Positions 59,901 to 64,000 of a stretch of 64,000 nt of DNA are shown in pieces. The stretch is from an uncultured Hyphomicrobiales bacterium. GTDB taxonomy: Bacteria; Bacteroidota; Ignavibacteria; Kapaibacteriales; UBA2268. The stretch is taken from contig CAZYXG010000001.1 in NCBI GenBank assembly GCA_964650885.1, positions 78,639 to 142,638 of the forward strand, given 5' to 3'. A program made the translations under genes and the position numbers. The notes beneath the pieces were generated by a model that did not search any database, was not told the origin of the DNA, and was given only the letters and a program-made list of their open reading frames with translations. Each line of letters begins with the position of its first letter. Position 1 is the stretch's first letter.

Positions 59901-61175
59901 TTAATTCTCAGTAACAAACTTACTAAATAAATGATTGAAATAACTAACCTGATCCTCACTAACTTTCACCTTATAATTAGTGCCAAAATCAGTACTCTCT
60001 TCACTTACAACATCAGCTATTTTAAATAAATTACCCTTCAATTGCATTTCGCTATAAGGAAGTGAAAGTTGGATAAAGTTTACCTTTTTCTCATACTCAA
60101 CTTGAAGTATTTCAAGCAGTTTGATAATGTTCAGGTTATTCTTAGCAGAAATAAAGCAGCAGTCAGTATATTTTTCTTGCAAATACTTTAATTCTTCTAA
60201 ATTCTCTAAGCAATCAATTTTATTGAAAACTGTTATACGAGGAATGTTATCAGCATTTATTGATTTTAGTGTTTCTTCCACAACCTGAATTTGTTCTTCA
60301 AAATTGGGGTGCGAAATATCAACAATATGAAGTAGATAATCAGCTTCCTGCACTTCTGCAAGAGTTGTTCGGAATGACGCAATTAAATGAGTAGGAAGCT
60401 TACGAATGAATCCTACTGTATCAGATAGCAGACATTTTGTGCCATTAAGTAACTCAAAACTTCTTGTTGTAGTATCTAATGTAGCAAACAACTCATTTTT
60501 AATATATGGCTCACTGCCTGTTATAGCTTTAAGCAAAGTTGATTTCCCAGTGTTGGTATAGCCAACTAAAGCAAATTTTGGAATTGCCGAACGATTCTTA
60601 CGTTTGACAATATTCTGTGAATCTATTTTATCTAATCTGCCTTTAAGATGTTCAATTCTATCGCGAATTATTCTTCTATCTGTTTCAATTTGGGTTTCTC
60701 CAGGGCCTTTTGTACCTATTCCTCCAAATTGTTTAGAAAGGTGAGTCCACATTCTTGTCAAACGAGGGAGCATGTATTGCAATTGAGCCAATTCAACTTG
60801 CGTTTTGGCTTCATTTGTTTTAGCTCTGCTTGCAAAAATATCTAAGATAATACCGCTTCGATCCATTACTTTTACTTCAAATGCTTTTTCTAAGTTTCGC
60901 ACTTGTTTAGCAGAAAGATCATCATCGAAAATTACCATCGAAACTTCTTCATCATCGATAATTTGCTTTATTTCTTCTACTTTACCTTTTCCAATTACAG
61001 TGGCATTGTTTTTCTTTTCAAGCTCTTGATAAATTTTATCAATAACTGTTGCTCCCGCTGTTTCGGCAAGGAAAGCAAGTTCTTCAAGAAATTCAAACGC
61101 TTTTTCTCTATTGCCACCTTTTTTATTGACAGCAACAGCTATAGCTTTTTCGTTAGTTTTTGTTAAATCTATCAT
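59901..61175 (-). CDS. hflX: GTPase HflX
   Basis: G1 motif GYTNTGKSTL, DTVGF G3 motif and an HflX N-terminal domain. 424 aa. Confidence 0.9.
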   Translation of the reverse strand: MIDLTKTNEKAIAVAVNKKGGNREKAFEFLEELAFLAETAGATVIDKIYQELEKKNNATVIGKGKVEEIKQIIDDEEVSMVIFDDDLSAKQVRNLEKAFEVKVMDRSGIILDIFASRAKTNEAKTQVELAQLQYMLPRLTRMWTHLSKQFGGIGTKGPGETQIETDRRIIRDRIEHLKGRLDKIDSQNIVKRKNRSAIPKFALVGYTNTGKSTLLKAITGSEPYIKNELFATLDTTTRSFELLNGTKCLLSDTVGFIRKLPTHLIASFRTTLAEVQEADYLLHIVDISHPNFEEQIQVVEETLKSINADNIPRITVFNKIDCLENLEELKYLQEKYTDCCFISAKNNLNIIKLLEILQVEYEKKVNFIQLSLPYSEMQLKGNLFKIADVVSEESTDFGTNYKVKVSEDQVSYFNHLFSKFVTEN

Positions 61176-61201
61176 AATTTCAATACAAAATTAAGATAAT
61201 A

Positions 61202-62515
61202 ATGTGTATTTTTACGAATGTTTATTTACCTTTAAACAATCATTATTTAATGTCGCATTTAAAAAAACTCAATTTCATTAAAATTATCTCCAACAAAGCA
61301 TCTAAATGGCAAATCAAAATTGTCTTAGCTGCATTGTCACTAATGTTTGTTGTGGCTGTGATTCTAATTTCTGTTTTCTTAGTAAATCAGTTAATTGAAA
61401 AAGAGAAAAGAATAATTGAAACTTATTCCCATTTACATCAAAAACTACTACGAACTGAAAGTGGAAATGTAGATGAGATTATACTTTTGATTGACTCTAT
61501 CACTCCAAACATTACATTCCCAATAATAATGACAGATGCCAATGATTCTGCAAATTATCCTTATGAGAATTACACATTGAATATGGAAATTAATAAATCA
61601 ATGAGTAGGGAAGAGCAAAGCCAATTTATGCAGTCAACTATTAGCGAAATGGGTAAAAATTACCCACCAGTAGTAGTTAGGCAGGCCGATGGGAAAGTGC
61701 TAATGAAGTTTTTTTATACTAATTCAAAACTAATAGCATCTCTGAAATATTTTCCTGCTGTTGCTTCATTTATGGTTGCTGGTATTATTTTGATTGGCTA
61801 TTTGGCGTTTAGTAATATTAGAAGAAATGAGGAACAGAAAGTTTGGGTTGGAATGGCAAAAGAAGCTGCACATCAATTGGGTACACCTCTTTCTAGTTTG
61901 TCTGCTTGGGTTGAAATCTTGCGATTCAATATAGACGACCCAAAATCAATTTCTGAGACTGTTACCGAAATGAGTAAAGATATTTCACGGCTGAATACAA
62001 TTGCAAATAGATTCTCTAAAATTGGTTCTGAACCAGAACTTACAAAAGAAAATGTGGTAAATATTGTTGAAAGAGCTTGTATATATTTCGATAAACGTTT
62101 GCCTCATTTGGGTAGAAAAGTTGAAATTAATAGAGAATACTCTAGTAATAAGCAATTCGCTATGATTAATGTTGATTTATTTACCTGGGTAATTGAAAAT
62201 TTAATCAGAAATGCTGCCGAAGCTATTGAGGTTAAGAATGGGGAAATCAATATTTCTATGCAAGATGTAGGCAATGAAATTATCATTTTAGTAAGAGATA
62301 ATGGTAAAGGAATGAATACAAAAACAAAGAAAGAAGTATTTATACCTGGTTTTACAACTAAAAAGCGTGGTTGGGGATTAGGGCTTTCTCTTTGTAAAAG
62401 GATTGTTGAACAATATCACAATGGCAAAATATTTGTGAAAGAATCAGCTGTGGGCAAAGGAACTACATTTGCAATTGAAATACCCAAAAAGATTAATCAT
62501 TATCAGGAAGACTAG
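61202..62515 (+). CDS. Sensor histidine kinase (orphan; no adjacent response regulator)
   Basis: Two TM helices flanking a periplasmic segment. H-box EAAHQLGTPLSS. HATPase_c (NLIRNAAEAI...DNGKGM...GWGLGL). The true start is probably downstream of 61202, e.g. the Met at about 61250. Confidence 0.75.
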   Translation: MCIFTNVYLPLNNHYLMSHLKKLNFIKIISNKASKWQIKIVLAALSLMFVVAVILISVFLVNQLIEKEKRIIETYSHLHQKLLRTESGNVDEIILLIDSITPNITFPIIMTDANDSANYPYENYTLNMEINKSMSREEQSQFMQSTISEMGKNYPPVVVRQADGKVLMKFFYTNSKLIASLKYFPAVASFMVAGIILIGYLAFSNIRRNEEQKVWVGMAKEAAHQLGTPLSSLSAWVEILRFNIDDPKSISETVTEMSKDISRLNTIANRFSKIGSEPELTKENVVNIVERACIYFDKRLPHLGRKVEINREYSSNKQFAMINVDLFTWVIENLIRNAAEAIEVKNGEINISMQDVGNEIIILVRDNGKGMNTKTKKEVFIPGFTTKKRGWGLGLSLCKRIVEQYHNGKIFVKESAVGKGTTFAIEIPKKINHYQED

Positions 62516-63350
62516 TATTCAGCTTAATAATAACAGGACAGTGGTCTGAAATTGAATTTTTATATTTATCTTCTACATACGCTTTGAAATTCTCCATAGC
62601 TACACTATTAGTTAAGACTCTTTTTTCTACAGATTTACTCACAAAAATATTGTCAATTGTATACCAATCACTTCTTAAACAGCTTTTTAAATCCTTTGTC
62701 AAACAAACTAATTTCTTGTTTTCGCCAAATTTAATTATTTGACTGTTCGGTTTATATATATGATCGTTAAAGTCACCTAAAATAACTAAATCTCTTTCAT
62801 CTGTATATTTCAGACAAGAATCTGCCCAATTATTCAAAATTCCTACTTGAACATTTCTAATTTGAAAACTTTTCTGCCTCAATTGATTAGTATTATCGAA
62901 AGAAGAAGTTGACTTTAGATGGACAATCATCATTTTGAAATCAAAATTACCTTTTTTGGCAGTAACTATAAATCCAGAACGAGTTTTATTTGGAATTACT
63001 TGTAAAGGTTTGTATTCCAATGTGTTGATAATCTTAATATCTTTTTTATATAAGAACCCAACATTTTGTTTTCCATTAGTACTAAGTATAATTGCATTAT
63101 ATTGAGGCATATTATTCAAAACAAGTTTTATAGCATCTTGATTTTCAATTTCTTGCAGAGCCAATACATCAGCATTTAACTCTTTAATTACTCTTGCTAA
63201 TTCAGCATATTCTTGCTTGTTTCTTGGCTTTTGGTCGTCTATTCCATCTCCTAGCCATTCAATATTAAAAGTACCAACAGTAATATATTCATCAGCTCTA
63301 AGTTTAGAATTAACAAAAAACAAAGTAATTAAAACAAAAATAAATTTCAT
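62493..63350 (-). CDS. Secreted endonuclease/exonuclease/phosphatase (EEP) family protein
   Basis: Signal peptide, then an EEP N-terminal motif (ITVGTFNIEWLGDG) and LALQEIE. 285 aa. Confidence 0.6.
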   Translation of the reverse strand: MKFIFVLITLFFVNSKLRADEYITVGTFNIEWLGDGIDDQKPRNKQEYAELARVIKELNADVLALQEIENQDAIKLVLNNMPQYNAIILSTNGKQNVGFLYKKDIKIINTLEYKPLQVIPNKTRSGFIVTAKKGNFDFKMMIVHLKSTSSFDNTNQLRQKSFQIRNVQVGILNNWADSCLKYTDERDLVILGDFNDHIYKPNSQIIKFGENKKLVCLTKDLKSCLRSDWYTIDNIFVSKSVEKRVLTNSVAMENFKAYVEDKYKNSISDHCPVIIKLNTSLPDND

Positions 63351-63352
63351 TA

Positions 63353-64000
63353 TTACTCTTTGATAAAAATTGATTTAAAAATATGACCTGCCATATCAGG
63401 ATTTTCATTCAAACGGCGAACTGAATATCCGTACCAATCTTCGCCAAATGGGACGTAAATTCTAACAGTGTGCCCAGCTTTAAGCAGAGTGTCTCTTCTT
63501 CGCTCTCTAACTCCTAAAAGCATTTCAAATTCATAATTGCTTTTGTCATAACTCATTTCTTTCAGTTTCTTTTCAGCATAAACAATTAAGTCATCATCAT
63601 GTGTAGCGATGTGTGTTTTTAAATTGTTTTCCAAAAGTAGGTCAAGTAATTTTTTATAGTTTGTTCTAATTTCTTCTTTATCTTTAATAGCGATAGAAGC
63701 ATCTTCTACATAAATACCTTTGCAAAGTCTTATGTTTGGCTTATAGCTTAAAAGAGAACTTATATCATCGTAACTACGCTTCATATATGCTTGGATAACT
63801 ATACCGCAGTTATCAAGTCCATTATCTCTAAGTTTTTTATAAATGTCAATTGTCAATGTTGTATAAGGGGAATTTTCCATATCCAAACGAACAAATAATC
63901 CCAAAGATTTAGCATAGGAAACTATCTCGAAAATATTTTCATAACCAAAATCAAAGTCTATTCCTAAACCTAAAGAAGTGGGTTTGATGGAAAGGTAAGT
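63353..64000 (-). CDS. Proline dehydrogenase (C-terminal part; the gene continues beyond the window)
   Basis: C-terminal ProDH TIM-barrel region (IQAYMKR...ATHDDD...EFEMLLGVRE...VRIYVPFG..WYGYSVRRLNENP). The frame is open to the window edge. Confidence 0.6.
   Translation of the reverse strand, partial: TYLSIKPTSLGLGIDFDFGYENIFEIVSYAKSLGLFVRLDMENSPYTTLTIDIYKKLRDNGLDNCGIVIQAYMKRSYDDISSLLSYKPNIRLCKGIYVEDASIAIKDKEEIRTNYKKLLDLLLENNLKTHIATHDDDLIVYAEKKLKEMSYDKSNYEFEMLLGVRERRRDTLLKAGHTVRIYVPFGEDWYGYSVRRLNENPDMAGHIFKSIFIKE

Noticed and set aside
60648-61166. Cluster of three overlapping plus-strand ORFs (65-87 aa)
   Set aside because: All lie antisense within hflX, which has strong GTPase motifs. 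They are low-complexity F/S/I-rich translations typical of AT-rich antisense frames.
1-64000. CRISPR arrays, transposases, integrases, prophage or restriction-modification signatures
   Set aside because: Reading both strands by eye found no regularly spaced direct repeats and no recombinase, transposase or methyltransferase-like ORFs. Coding density is high and GC content is uniform. Nothing suggests a mobile or defence island. A formal repeat finder would be more sensitive.

Overview
This is a low-GC (about one third G+C), densely coding chromosomal segment, and I found no single obviously novel system in it. Type IX secretion (T9SS) C-terminal sorting domains, a PorV-like protein, chemotaxis (CheA), a tig-clpP-clpX cluster and nuoLMN point to a Bacteroidota/Ignavibacteria-type organism; the lineage is an inference. 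I called about 45 protein genes, one tRNA-Leu(UAG) and a few intrinsic terminators. I saw no CRISPR array, transposase, integrase or prophage.

Most genes are housekeeping:
- cheA, P5C dehydrogenase, nuoL/M/N, clpS, tig, clpP, clpX, cinA, rpsA, glgA, pdxH, purB, tsaB, mfd, hflX and a proline dehydrogenase fragment.

The most system-like block lies at about 8.7-23.5 kb:
- an ECF sigma/anti-sigma pair;
- a BNR-repeat T9SS cargo protein;
- a CarbopepD_reg-type TonB-dependent transporter, followed 32 bp later by a 1569-aa protein with a T9SS C-terminal domain;
- a short PorV-like barrel and a GWxTD-domain protein.

Other points of note:
- nuoLMN is detached from the rest of a nuo operon and packed with a thioredoxin-fold lipoprotein, an EVE (PUA-like) protein and a Wzx-like flippase.
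- There is a cytochrome c-FTR1 fusion permease with a weak Fur-box-like site.
- A stand-alone NYN-domain protein carries a Gly/Asn-rich tail.
- A PDZ-polytopic-GAF-PP2C phosphatase sits next to a lipoprotein.
- Trigger factor has a His-rich tail.
- mfd and tsaB overlap in an ATGA arrangement.

Many short antisense ORFs in the six-frame track are AT-bias artefacts.
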